64,000 nucleotides of DNA from Actinomycetota bacterium. GTDB taxonomy: Bacteria > Actinomycetota > UBA4738 > HRBIN12. The notes below the pieces were generated by a model that searched no databases, was not told the origin of the DNA, and saw only the letters and a list, made by a program, of their open reading frames with translations. Where the stretch lies: NCBI GenBank assembly GCA_049587975.1, contig JBAVEY010000149.1, positions 20,728 through 84,727 on the forward strand, given 5' to 3'. Below are positions 1-9,759 of this stretch, one piece after another. The number at the start of each line of letters is the position of its first letter. Within the stretch, counting starts at the first letter, position 1. A program made the translations under genes and the position numbers.

Positions 1-1
1 C

Positions 2-1507
2 AAGGTCGGCGTCGTGGGGAGGAACGGCGCCGGCAAGACCAGCCTGCTGAACGTGATCGCCGGTGACGAGTCGCCGCTGGCCGGACGGGCCGTCGTCCGC
101 GGTCGCCTCGGCTACCTGCGACAGGAGCCGCGCGGGCGCATGGACGAGGAGCATGCCGCCCTCACACACGTGCTTGAGGCGCGCGGGCTCGAGGAGATGG
201 CCGAGCGCCTCGAGAAGTCCCGGCTCGCGATGGAGGAGCGCCCGAGCGAGACCAACGTCGGGCGCTTCACGCGGTTGGAGGAGCGGTACCGGGCCGCGGG
301 CGGGTACTCGGGCGAAGCCGAGGTGCGGCGGATCGCCGCCGGTCTCGGCCTCCCCGACGACCGATTGGGGCTCCCCGTGCGGGCGTTATCCGGTGGTGAG
401 CGGCGTCGGCTCGAGCTCACCCGGATCCTGTTCTCGGGCTCGGATCTCCTGCTGCTCGACGAGCCGACGAACCACTTGGACGGCGACGCGAAGGGCTGGC
501 TGATGCGCTTCCTCGCGGCGTATCGTGGGGTCCTCGTCGTGGTGAGCCACGACCTCGCACTGCTCGACGTCGCGATCACGCGCATCCTGCACCTGGATCG
601 CGACGGCATCGTCCAGTACCGGGGGACGTACGCCGAGTACCGCGCAGCTCGACGGGCCGATGAGACGCGGCTCGGTGCGGTGGCCGGTCGTCAGCGAGCA
701 GAGGTGCGACGGCTGAAGACGCTCGCCGATTCGATGCGTGGACAGACGGTGAAGCGGGCCCGCAAGGCGAAGGCTCTCGACAGCCGCGTCCGCAAGCTGG
801 AGGAGCGGTTGGTCGAGGCGCCGACGCATGAACGCGGTGTGCGCTACCGGTTCGCCGAACCACCGCGCGCGGGCGCGTTGGTGATCGAGGCGGAGGGACT
901 GACGAAGGGGTTCGGCGGGCCGGCCGTCTTCGCGGACCTCGGGTTCCACGTGGCTCGAGGCGAGCGCCTCCTGATCATGGGGTTGAACGGAGCCGGCAAG
1001 ACGACCCTGCTCAAGATCCTCGCCGACGTCCTCGAGGCCGACGCGGGGTCGGTCCGACTCGGTCACGGCGTCTCCCTCGGCTATTACGCGCAGGAGCACG
1101 AGGGGATCAGGGACGGCGAGTCGGTGCTCGCGCACGTCCGGGCCGAGTCCATGGAGGCGTCGGACCAAGATCTCCGTCGTCTCCTCGGGATGTTCGGGCT
1201 CACCGGGCGCGTCGCCTTCCAGGACGCGGGGACCCTCTCGGGCGGCGAGAAGACCAAGCTCGCGCTCGCACAGCTGGTGGCGGGGCGACGGAATCTCGTC
1301 CTGCTCGACGAGCCCACGAACAACCTCGACCCGCCGTCTCGGACCGCGGTGGCGGAGGCCCTGGCCGGCTGGTCGGGCTCGATGGTGCTCGTGAGCCATG
1401 ACGTCGGGTTCGTCCGGGCCCTCGCCCCCCACAAGGTCCTCATGATGCCCGAGGGCGAGCTCGCGCTCTGGGACGACGATCTCCTCGAGCTCGTCGCGCT
1501 CGCCTGA
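2..1507 (+). CDS. ABC-F family ATPase with two ABC domains (EttA/Uup-like); 5' end lies outside the window
   Basis: Two Walker A motifs (GRNGAGKTSLL and GLNGAGKTTLL), two LSGGE signature motifs, and an inter-domain linker with a charged coiled region. The ORF is open to the window edge. Confidence 0.8.
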   Translation, partial: KVGVVGRNGAGKTSLLNVIAGDESPLAGRAVVRGRLGYLRQEPRGRMDEEHAALTHVLEARGLEEMAERLEKSRLAMEERPSETNVGRFTRLEERYRAAGGYSGEAEVRRIAAGLGLPDDRLGLPVRALSGGERRRLELTRILFSGSDLLLLDEPTNHLDGDAKGWLMRFLAAYRGVLVVVSHDLALLDVAITRILHLDRDGIVQYRGTYAEYRAARRADETRLGAVAGRQRAEVRRLKTLADSMRGQTVKRARKAKALDSRVRKLEERLVEAPTHERGVRYRFAEPPRAGALVIEAEGLTKGFGGPAVFADLGFHVARGERLLIMGLNGAGKTTLLKILADVLEADAGSVRLGHGVSLGYYAQEHEGIRDGESVLAHVRAESMEASDQDLRRLLGMFGLTGRVAFQDAGTLSGGEKTKLALAQLVAGRRNLVLLDEPTNNLDPPSRTAVAEALAGWSGSMVLVSHDVGFVRALAPHKVLMMPEGELALWDDDLLELVALA

Positions 1508-1576
1508 ACGGACGGATCGCTCCGCCGCGGGGACGGTCGATATGCTTCGCTCCGCCCGGCACGGTCGACCAAGGGG

Positions 1577-3256
1577 ATGTGTTCGATGACAGCGAACGGC
1601 ACCGCCGACCTCGCCTTCGTGAACGGCGACGTCTACACCGTCGACGCCTCCAGACGTTGGGCGAGCGCCGTCGCGGTCTCGGAAGGCGCGATCGTCGCGG
1701 TGGGCACCGAGGCGGAGATCCACACCGCGATCGGCACGAGCACCGATGTGATCGACCTCCGGGGGCGGATGCTCCTGCCGGGGTTCCAGGACGCCCACGT
1801 CCATCCTCCCTCGAGCGGGTTCGAGATGTTGCACTGCAACCTGTCCGAGGCGTACTCGATCGAGGGATACGAGCGGATCGTCGCCGGGTATGCCTCGGAT
1901 CACCCCGACGACGACCCGTGGATCGTCGGCGGGGGTTGGTCGATGGACGTCTTCCCGTCCGGCAACCCGCCGAAGGATGTGCTCGACCGCGTCGTGGCGG
2001 ACCGTCCCGTCTACCTGTTCAGCCGCGACGGTCACAGCGTCTGGGTGAACTCGCGCGCGCTCGAGATCGCGGGCGTCACGCGGGAGACGCCGGATCCGTC
2101 CGACGGCTGGATCGTCCGCGACGTCCACGGCGAGCCGGCGGGCACGCTCCACGAGGGGGCTCACCGGTTGGTCGAGCGACATGTCCCGCAACCGACCACG
2201 TCCGAGTGGATCGAGGGGCTGCGCGCGGCACAGCGACACCTGCATTCGCTCGGGATCACCGCATGGCAGGACGCGATCGTGGGCGGGAGCACGCCGACGC
2301 TCGACGCATACCTGGCGTTCGCCGGATCGGGGGAGCTGACCGCTCGTGTAGTGGGCGCGCTGTGGTGGGACCGAGACCGGGGACTAGAGCAGATCGAAGA
2401 CCTGGTCCAGGCCCGCGCGCGCGGTCGGGTCGGCCGGTTCGTGGCGACCAGCGTGAAGATCATGCAGGACGGCGTGATCGAGAATCACACGGCCGCGGTG
2501 CTCGAGCCCTACCTGGATGCGGACGGGAGCCCGACGGATAACCGCGGACGGTCGTTCGTCGACGCCGAGGAGCTGAAGGCGTGCGTGACGCGGCTGGACT
2601 CAGAGGGGTTCCAGGTGCACGTGCATGCGATCGGGGAACGGGGGGTGCGCGAGGCGCTGGACGCGTTCGAGGCCGCCCGGACCGCGAACGGTCCCAACGA
2701 CCTTCGCCATCACATCGCGCACATCCAGGTGGTCCATCCCGACGACATCCCGCGCTTCCGCGCGCTCGGCGTGGTGGCGAACGCGCAGCCGCTGTGGGCG
2801 GTCAACGAGGGGCAGATGCTCCACCTCACGATCCCGTTCCTGGGACCCGAGCGGTCCGGGTGGCAGTACCCGTTCGGGAGCCTCCTGCGCTCGGGTGCGG
2901 TGCTCGCGATGGGGAGCGACTGGTCCGTCTCGAGCGCGAACCCGCTCTGGGAGATGCACGTGGCCGTGAACCGCACCGCGCCGAGCGCCTACGAGTACGG
3001 CGGAGGCACCGGCGACCCCTTCCTGCCGGAGGAGCGCATCGATCTGCCGGCGGCGATCGCCGGCTTCACGATCAACAGCGCCTACGTGAACCATCTCGAC
3101 GAGCTCACCGGGTCGATCGAGGTGGGGAAGCGCGCCGACCTCGTCGTGCTCGACCGCAACGTGTTCGCCCATCCCGCGGAGGAGATCGCGGACGCCCGGG
3201 TTGTGCTCACCCTGGTCGACGGGGAGCGCGTGTTCGACGCCGAGGCGGTCGAATGA
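1577..3256 (+). CDS. Metal-dependent amidohydrolase (amidohydrolase-3-like)
   Basis: Motif GFQDAHVHP, a later HVHAIGERG motif and a C-terminal GSDWSV motif are typical of the metal-dependent amidohydrolase superfamily. Length is 559 aa. Confidence 0.7.
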   Translation: MCSMTANGTADLAFVNGDVYTVDASRRWASAVAVSEGAIVAVGTEAEIHTAIGTSTDVIDLRGRMLLPGFQDAHVHPPSSGFEMLHCNLSEAYSIEGYERIVAGYASDHPDDDPWIVGGGWSMDVFPSGNPPKDVLDRVVADRPVYLFSRDGHSVWVNSRALEIAGVTRETPDPSDGWIVRDVHGEPAGTLHEGAHRLVERHVPQPTTSEWIEGLRAAQRHLHSLGITAWQDAIVGGSTPTLDAYLAFAGSGELTARVVGALWWDRDRGLEQIEDLVQARARGRVGRFVATSVKIMQDGVIENHTAAVLEPYLDADGSPTDNRGRSFVDAEELKACVTRLDSEGFQVHVHAIGERGVREALDAFEAARTANGPNDLRHHIAHIQVVHPDDIPRFRALGVVANAQPLWAVNEGQMLHLTIPFLGPERSGWQYPFGSLLRSGAVLAMGSDWSVSSANPLWEMHVAVNRTAPSAYEYGGGTGDPFLPEERIDLPAAIAGFTINSAYVNHLDELTGSIEVGKRADLVVLDRNVFAHPAEEIADARVVLTLVDGERVFDAEAVE

Positions 3257-3378
3257 GCCGTTCGGACCGCTGACCAGCGGTCATGGCGGCTCGTTGCCAC
3301 GGGTCCGGGGCCGCCGCACGATGGCCGCGGCCCGAACGCGGGCCGGACCATCCCGTGCACGACCGAGGAGGCCCCGTC

Positions 3379-4530
3379 ATGGCGTTCGACATGAGTCAGG
3401 TCCAGCGTGGCGCTCGCAACCGCCGCACGCCGTACCACGAGGCGGCGCAGCGCTACGACCCGAAGGGCTACACGGTCTACAACCACATGTACTTCCCCAT
3501 CCGGTTCGACTCGTTCGAGGCCGAGTTCGACACGCTGCTGAACGCGGTCACCCTGTGGGACGTCTCGGTCGAGCGGTGCCTGGAGATCGGTGGGCCCGAC
3601 GGTTTCCGCTTCGCGCAGCTGCTGACGCCTCGGGACCTGTCGAGGTGCGCCGTGGGTCAAGGCAAGTACGTGCTCATCTGCGACAGCGACGGCGGGATCG
3701 TGAACGACCCGGTCCTCACGCGGATGGACGAGAACACCTTCTGGTTCGCGCTGGCCTCCTCGGACGCGCTGCTGTTCGCTCGGGGCCTGAAGAACGCGTA
3801 CCCGGACCTCGACGTGACGATCCGCGAGGCGGACGTCGCCCCGCTCCAGGTCCAGGGGCCTCGGTCCAAGGACCTGATGGCCAAGCTGCTCGGCCCCGAG
3901 ATCCTCGACCTCCGTTACTACTTCTGGACCGAGGCCAAGATCGCCGGCGCGCCGGTCGTCGTCACGAGGACCGGATGGACGTCAGAGATCGGCTACGAGG
4001 TCTATCTGACCGATACCACCAAGGGCGCAGAGGTGTACGAGGCGATCATGGACGCCGGGCAGGAGTTCGGGATCCGGCCGACCGGACCCAGCGACATCCG
4101 GCGCATCGAGGGCGCGATCTTCAACTGGGGCGCCGACATGACGTACGAGAACAATCCGCTGGAGATGGGCCTCGAGCGCCTCGTCGACTGGGACCTGTCC
4201 GATGACGCCGCTATCTCGATGGCCGCGCTCCGCGCGATCAAGGAGCACGGCGTGCGCAGGCGCATCAACGGCCTGGAGCTCGACGGCGAGCCGTTCCCCG
4301 AGCTCAACAACGTCAAGTGGCCGGTCGTGGACGGCGGGGACGAGATCGGCACGGTGACCTCGGCGATCTACTCGCCGCGGCTCGCGCGCAACATCGGGTT
4401 CGCGTGGCTCCCGGAGGAACGGTCGAAGCTCGGCGAGGGGGTCACGGTCCAGACGGAGTGGGGTCCGCGGGGCGCGACGGTGGTGGAGATGCCGTTCGTC
4501 GACCCGAACAAGCAGATCCCGGTCTCCTAG
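3379..4530 (+). CDS. GcvT-family aminomethyltransferase-like protein, probably a THF-dependent (de)methylase; paralog 1
   Basis: ATG at 3379 is preceded by a GAGGAGG Shine-Dalgarno. The protein shows GcvT-fold hallmarks (YNHMYFP, VxLWDVSVER, RTGWTSEIGYEVY, and a C-terminal barrel ending WLP). It is a paralog of the next gene. Confidence 0.7.
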   Translation: MAFDMSQVQRGARNRRTPYHEAAQRYDPKGYTVYNHMYFPIRFDSFEAEFDTLLNAVTLWDVSVERCLEIGGPDGFRFAQLLTPRDLSRCAVGQGKYVLICDSDGGIVNDPVLTRMDENTFWFALASSDALLFARGLKNAYPDLDVTIREADVAPLQVQGPRSKDLMAKLLGPEILDLRYYFWTEAKIAGAPVVVTRTGWTSEIGYEVYLTDTTKGAEVYEAIMDAGQEFGIRPTGPSDIRRIEGAIFNWGADMTYENNPLEMGLERLVDWDLSDDAAISMAALRAIKEHGVRRRINGLELDGEPFPELNNVKWPVVDGGDEIGTVTSAIYSPRLARNIGFAWLPEERSKLGEGVTVQTEWGPRGATVVEMPFVDPNKQIPVS

Positions 4531-4679
4531 CCGCTCGCGGCATCGAACCTGAAGCACTGTTCAGGCCGGATCCCGCCTCTTCGGCGACGGACCGGCTTGC
4601 GGCGGGTCCGAGTCTGAACCATGATTCAACCTCAGGATGCGGGACCCGCCCGCAGGCTCGAAGGGAGACGTGCCCCGAT

Positions 4680-5861
4680 ATGGCCAACGAACGGCAGGAG
4701 ATGCTCGAGCAAAGTGCGACGATCTACTTCGGACCGTGGTACCGGCGTTCGCCGTTCTTCGAGGCCACGCGCCGAGCGGGGTGCACGGCCTACGACGTCT
4801 ACAACCACATGCTGCTGCCTGCCTACTTCGACGACCCGGACACGGAGTACTGGGCCCTGCTGAACGACGTCACGGTCTGGGACGTGGCGGTCGAGCGGAC
4901 GGTCGAGATCTCCGGGACGGACGCCGACCGGTTCGTGGACTCCCTCACCTGCAGGGACCTCACGAAGTGCGCGGTCAAGCAGGGCAAGTACATGATCGTG
5001 ACCGCGCCCGACGGCGGGATCGTCAACGACCCCGTCCTGCTCCACGTGGGGGAGAACCGGTGGTGGATGCAGCTCGCCGACTCGGACGCGGGCCTGTACG
5101 CGCTCGGGGCCGCGTCGCGGGCCAACCTGGACGTCGAGGTGTCGTACCCCCACGCCTACCCGATCCAGGTGCAGGGAGCGAAGGCCGCCAAGACGGTCGA
5201 GAAGCTGATCGGTCCCGCCGTCTACGACCTCAGGTACTACTGGTGCGACTGGTTCGACATCGGGGACATCCCCGTACTCATCAGCCGGACCGGGTGGACG
5301 GCGGTCCAGGGCTTCGAGATCAACCTGCTCGATCCCGCCCGTGGCGACGATCTATGGAACGCGGTCTTCGGGGCGGGCGAGGAGTTCGCGATCCGGCCGG
5401 TCGCGCCCGTGGAAGCACGCCGGATCGAGGCGGGGATCATGAACTACAACTCGGACATGACGCACGAGGACACGCCGTTGCACATCATGGGACTCGAGCA
5501 CCTGGTCGAGGATCAGCCGCAGGACTACACGGGCAAGGCGTCGCTCGAGGCGATCAGGGCGGCGGGGGTCGACCGCAAGCTCGTCGGGATCGAGTGGTCG
5601 GGCGACGAGCTGAAGGCCGAGTTGTCGTGGTTCTGGCCGGTGATCCGCGACGGCGGGCAGGTCGGCCGGGTGACCGACGCGGTGTGGTCCCCACGGCTGG
5701 AGAAGAACATCGGCTACGCGTGGGTGCCGATCGATCTCGCCCAGCCGGGCACGAGGATCGACGTGGAGTCCGAGCACGGGCAGATCACGGTCACGACGGC
5801 GTCGATCCCGTTCATCGATGCTCGCAAGGAGGTCCCGGCGGCGTCCCTGCGCGGGGCGTAG
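4680..5861 (+). CDS. GcvT-family aminomethyltransferase-like protein; paralog 2
   Basis: Start is MANERQEML. The motifs YNHMLLP, VTVWDVAVER and RTGWTAVQGFEIN match those of the upstream gene, so this is a tandem paralog. Confidence 0.7.
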   Translation: MANERQEMLEQSATIYFGPWYRRSPFFEATRRAGCTAYDVYNHMLLPAYFDDPDTEYWALLNDVTVWDVAVERTVEISGTDADRFVDSLTCRDLTKCAVKQGKYMIVTAPDGGIVNDPVLLHVGENRWWMQLADSDAGLYALGAASRANLDVEVSYPHAYPIQVQGAKAAKTVEKLIGPAVYDLRYYWCDWFDIGDIPVLISRTGWTAVQGFEINLLDPARGDDLWNAVFGAGEEFAIRPVAPVEARRIEAGIMNYNSDMTHEDTPLHIMGLEHLVEDQPQDYTGKASLEAIRAAGVDRKLVGIEWSGDELKAELSWFWPVIRDGGQVGRVTDAVWSPRLEKNIGYAWVPIDLAQPGTRIDVESEHGQITVTTASIPFIDARKEVPAASLRGA

Positions 5862-5904
5862 GGTTCGGCTCGGGCGATCCCGGGGTTCGACGAGGGGAGT
5901 TCCG

Positions 5905-6336
5905 ATGGAGGGAACCAGGCTCGACCGACGGCCGCCCGAGACGGCGCCTGCGACCAAGGGCTTCCACCGGGCCCTCCTGCTCCTCGAGCGCGTCACGAAG
6001 CAGACCGTGTGGGATTGCCGCATGTGCGGTCAGTGCATCCTGCACTCGACGGGGTTGTCCTGCCCGATGCGCTGCCCCAAGAACCTGCGGAACGGCCCGT
6101 GCGGCGGCACGCTGTTGAACGGCAACTGCGAGGTCCTCCCCGAGATGAAGTGCGTGTGGGTCTCCGCCTGGGAGGACGCGCAGCGGCTCCCGCTGTGGCG
6201 CGACCACATCCGACATGTCGAGCCGCCGGTCGACTGGCGGCTCCAGGGCACGTCGTCGTGGGAGAACCTCGTGACCGGGCGGGACCGGCGGTTCCCAGCC
6301 GGGTGGACCGAACCGAAGGCCGGATCCTCCGCGTGA
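5905..6336 (+). CDS. MetV-like small Cys-rich protein (MTHFR C-terminal-like zinc-ribbon domain), probable partner subunit of MetF
   Basis: ATG at 5905 follows a GAGGGGAG Shine-Dalgarno. The Cys pattern CRMCGQCIL..LSCPMRCPKNLRNGPCGG is characteristic of the MTHFR_C/MetV domain. It sits immediately upstream of metF. Confidence 0.55.
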   Translation: MEGTRLDRRPPETAPATKGFHRALLLLERVTKQTVWDCRMCGQCILHSTGLSCPMRCPKNLRNGPCGGTLLNGNCEVLPEMKCVWVSAWEDAQRLPLWRDHIRHVEPPVDWRLQGTSSWENLVTGRDRRFPAGWTEPKAGSSA

Positions 6337-6346
6337 CGCCCGGGTC

Positions 6347-7294
6347 ATGACGGAGCGGGCTCCATACAGCGAGCTCCACCGCTTGCTCCTGGCCGGGGAG
6401 TTCGTCGTCACGGCCGAGATGCAGACGAGCGACTCGGCCGATCCCGCTCACGTGATCGGTCTCGCCGAGACCCTCAAGAGCACCGTGGACGCGGTGAACT
6501 GCACCGACAACAGCGCGGCCCACGCGCACATCTCGGCGATGGCCGCCGCGCGCCTCCTGATCGAGGACGGCCTCGAACCCGTGATGCAGTTCGTCTGCCG
6601 GGACCGGAACCGGCTCGCGCTCCAGGCGGACCTGCTCGGCGCGGCCGCCCTCGGCGTCCGCAACGTCGTGTGCATGACCGGCGACGACGTGAGCGCCGGC
6701 GACCACCCGGAGACCAAGCCCATCTATGACATCGACTCGGTTCACCTGATCCGGACGGCCAGGCTCATGCGGGACGAGGGGACCTACCTGTCCGGACGGG
6801 GCCTCACCCACGCACCCGGATTCCTGATCGGCGCGGTCGAGAACCCGTTCGCGCCGCCCCTTCGGTTCCGGCCCATGCGGCTGGGGACGAAGATCGAGGC
6901 CGGGGCCGAGTTCATCCAGACGCAGATCTGCTTCAACCTGGAGAGGATGCGGATCTTCATGGCCCGGTGCGGCGAGCTGGGGCTGCTCGACCACGTCTGG
7001 GTGCTAGCGGGGGTGTTCGTGCCGAGCTCGGCGTCGGGGACCCGGTACCTGCGCGACCACGTGCCCGGCGTGGACGTCCCGGGCGAGGTGATCGAGCGCA
7101 TGGACGGTGTCCCGCGCGAGCGTCAGAAGGAGGAGGGCATCCGGATCGCGCTCGAGGTCGTGGAGGCGGTGCGGCAGATCCCGGGGGTGTCGGGGATCCA
7201 CCTGATGACCATCAACCACGAGGAGGCGATCCCGAAGGTGGTCGAGGGGGCCGGCTTGCTGCCACGCCCCGTCGCCGCGGGCCCGGTCCCGTGA
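6347..7294 (+). CDS. metF: 5,10-methylenetetrahydrofolate reductase (MetF family)
   Basis: TIM-barrel MTHFR features are present: VTAEM near the N-terminus, NCTDN, and a QFVCRDRNR-like region. Length is 315 aa. Confidence 0.8.
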   Translation: MTERAPYSELHRLLLAGEFVVTAEMQTSDSADPAHVIGLAETLKSTVDAVNCTDNSAAHAHISAMAAARLLIEDGLEPVMQFVCRDRNRLALQADLLGAAALGVRNVVCMTGDDVSAGDHPETKPIYDIDSVHLIRTARLMRDEGTYLSGRGLTHAPGFLIGAVENPFAPPLRFRPMRLGTKIEAGAEFIQTQICFNLERMRIFMARCGELGLLDHVWVLAGVFVPSSASGTRYLRDHVPGVDVPGEVIERMDGVPRERQKEEGIRIALEVVEAVRQIPGVSGIHLMTINHEEAIPKVVEGAGLLPRPVAAGPVP

Positions 7295-7398
7295 CCCTTT
7301 CGCGCAGCCCCTGCGCCGCTCTCGTGACGTTCCCCGCGACTGGGTGAACGTCCGGGCGCCGGGTGTCGAATGCCGGCTGAACCCGACAGACTGGAGCC

Positions 7399-8508
7399 AT
7401 GACCATGAGGCGTGCCCTCCTCGCGCTCGGCGCCGTAGCGGCGTTGGCGCTGTCCGCGTGCACCACGGGAAACACCAACACCACGCAACCCCAGATGAAC
7501 GGCTCTCCGGCGGCCAATTTCCCCTCCTCTCAGCCGATGCTCTCGAGCGGCAAGGATGCCGTCGTGAACGTGGTACACAGCGTCCTGCCGGCGGTCGTGA
7601 ACGTCGTCGTCGACACCGGCGCCGGTCAAGGGGAGGGCACGGGGTTCATCGTGCGCTCGGACGGCATCATCGTGACGAACTACCACGTGGTCGAGAACGC
7701 CTCGAAGGTTACGGTGCTGACGTCGGCGGACGACCCCGTTCAGTACGACGCGCGGGTGATCGGGGGCGACGTGGGGGCTGACCTGGCGGTTCTGGACATC
7801 GATGCCAGCGACCTGCCGACCGTGACGCTCGGCGACTCGGATGCCCTGCAGCTGGGGCAGCGCGTCGTCGCGGTGGGATACGCCCTCGGCCTCGAGGGCG
7901 GCCCCTCGGTGACCGCGGGGATCGTCTCCTCGCTGACGCGGCAGATCGACGTCCAGGACAGGGGATGTCCCGTCTCGGAGTGTGGCGCCGATCAGACGCG
8001 CGTCTACGACCACGTGATCCAGACCGATGCGGCCATCAACCCTGGGAACTCCGGTGGACCGCTGCTCAACATGGACGGGCAGGTCGTCGGGATCAACTCG
8101 GCGGGTGCGAACCAGGCCGAGAACATCGGGTTCGCGATCCAGATCGATTCGGTCAAGCCGACGATCTTCCAGGCCGCCGAGCACCCGTCACAGCCCGTGG
8201 CGTTCATGGGGATCAGCTCCGGCCCGGCCTCCGACCCGCAGGTCCAGTTCCAGTTCGCTCCGCCCGTGGATCAGGGCGCTGTCATCGTCGATGTCGTGGG
8301 CGGCGGCCCCGCCGACGACGCGGGGATCGTCGTCGGTGACACCATCGTGCGGTTCGACGGCCGGACGGTGACCGACTCCGAACAGCTCGGCGGGCTGATC
8401 CATTCGCATCGGCCAGGCGACGAGGTCAGCGTAGGGATCGTCCACGCCGATGGTTCCCAGGACGAGGTCACGGTCACGCTGGGCGTGAACCCGGTCCCGA
8501 CCGCCTGA
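7399..8508 (+). CDS. HtrA/DegP-like trypsin-family serine protease with PDZ domain; lipoprotein
   Basis: A signal peptide with lipobox LALSAC is followed by a trypsin-like core (TNYHVV, GNSGGPLLN) and a C-terminal PDZ-like segment. Confidence 0.8.
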   Translation: MTMRRALLALGAVAALALSACTTGNTNTTQPQMNGSPAANFPSSQPMLSSGKDAVVNVVHSVLPAVVNVVVDTGAGQGEGTGFIVRSDGIIVTNYHVVENASKVTVLTSADDPVQYDARVIGGDVGADLAVLDIDASDLPTVTLGDSDALQLGQRVVAVGYALGLEGGPSVTAGIVSSLTRQIDVQDRGCPVSECGADQTRVYDHVIQTDAAINPGNSGGPLLNMDGQVVGINSAGANQAENIGFAIQIDSVKPTIFQAAEHPSQPVAFMGISSGPASDPQVQFQFAPPVDQGAVIVDVVGGGPADDAGIVVGDTIVRFDGRTVTDSEQLGGLIHSHRPGDEVSVGIVHADGSQDEVTVTLGVNPVPTA

Positions 8509-8556
8509 TCCAGAGCGTGGCGGCCCCTGCCCCGGTGGTGCGCTAGCCTGACCTGC

Positions 8557-9759
8557 GTGAAGGTGAGGCTCCGCAACCCCGACCGGGAGGTCGAGCTCGC
8601 CGGCGGTCGCAAGATCCACGACGTCCTCGGTGAGCTGGGCATCAACCCCGACACCGTGCTCGTGATCCGCGAGCGCGAGCTGCTCACGCGCGAGGACCGC
8701 GTCGCGGAGGCCGACGTCATCGAGGTCCGACCGGTGATCAGCGGCGGCGCCCGCGTCGAGAACCGGATGAAGTGCCGGCGCTGCAAGGCGCCGGCGGTGG
8801 TCGAGATCCGCCGGCACAACGCGGCCTTCTGCGCCGACTGCTTCCTGCGCCACGTGCGCGAGCAGGTCAGACGGGCGATCGGGGCGCACGACATGTTCGT
8901 GGCATCCGACCGGATCCTCGTAGCGGTCTCCGGCGGCAAGGACTCGCTCGCGCTCTGGGACGTGCTGCTCGAACTCGGCTACCGGGCGGATGGACTCTAC
9001 CTGGGCCTCGGGATCGGCGAGTACTCGGACCGGTCGCACGACCTCGCGGCGACGTTCGCCCGCGAGCGCGGCGCCCATCTCGTCGAGGTGGATCTTGCCC
9101 GCGACTACGGGTTCGACGTCCCAACCGCCGGACGCAAGGGCTCGCGCTCGACGTGCGCGGTCTGCGGCCTATCCAAGCGGTACGTCTTCAACCGGACCGC
9201 TCGCGAGGGCGGGTACGACGTGATCGCGACGGGCCACAACCTGGACGACGAGGCGGCCACGCTCCTCGGGAACACCTTGCGGTGGCAGACCGACTACATC
9301 GCGCGCCAGTCCCCGGTGCTCCCCGCGGAGGAGGGGTTCGCCCGCAAGGTCAAGCCCTTGTACCGCCTGTCGGAGCTCGAGACCGCCGCGTTCGCGTTCC
9401 TGCGCGGGATCGACTACGTGGTCGAGGAGTGCCCGCTGGTCGGCGGGAACACGCAGCTCCGCTACAAGGAGGCCATGAACCAGCTCGAGTCGACCTCTCC
9501 GGGAACCAAGGCGCAGTTCCTCTTCGGCTACCTCGAGCGCGCCGCCCCGCTCTTCGCGACACAGGACGACGTGCGGCTCGTCGGGTGCGAACGCTGCGGC
9601 CAGCCGACCACCGGTCGTTTCTGTGCCTTCTGCCGCGCGCAGGCCCAGATCCTGGGCGAGCGGCTCGAGGCGCCCCGGGACGCAGGTGATCGCGAGACGG
9701 CCGCGCAGCTTTCCGAGGAGGTCCTTCCCGTCGAGATCTTCGGGGCGGCCAACCGGTGA
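8557..9759 (+). CDS. Fusion of a ThiS/MoaD/TtuB-like beta-grasp domain (internal GG at about residues 63-64) to a TtuA/NcsA-like PP-loop tRNA thiolase
   Basis: GTG at 8557. The first ~64 residues end ...VIEVRPVISGG and read straight through a 6-aa linker (ARVENR) with no stop. They are followed by an N-terminal zinc finger (CRRCKAP..CADC), the PP-loop SGGKDS, a central CAVCG and a C-terminal zinc finger (CERCG..CAFC), as in TtuA. Confidence 0.65.
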   Translation: MKVRLRNPDREVELAGGRKIHDVLGELGINPDTVLVIRERELLTREDRVAEADVIEVRPVISGGARVENRMKCRRCKAPAVVEIRRHNAAFCADCFLRHVREQVRRAIGAHDMFVASDRILVAVSGGKDSLALWDVLLELGYRADGLYLGLGIGEYSDRSHDLAATFARERGAHLVEVDLARDYGFDVPTAGRKGSRSTCAVCGLSKRYVFNRTAREGGYDVIATGHNLDDEAATLLGNTLRWQTDYIARQSPVLPAEEGFARKVKPLYRLSELETAAFAFLRGIDYVVEECPLVGGNTQLRYKEAMNQLESTSPGTKAQFLFGYLERAAPLFATQDDVRLVGCERCGQPTTGRFCAFCRAQAQILGERLEAPRDAGDRETAAQLSEEVLPVEIFGAANR

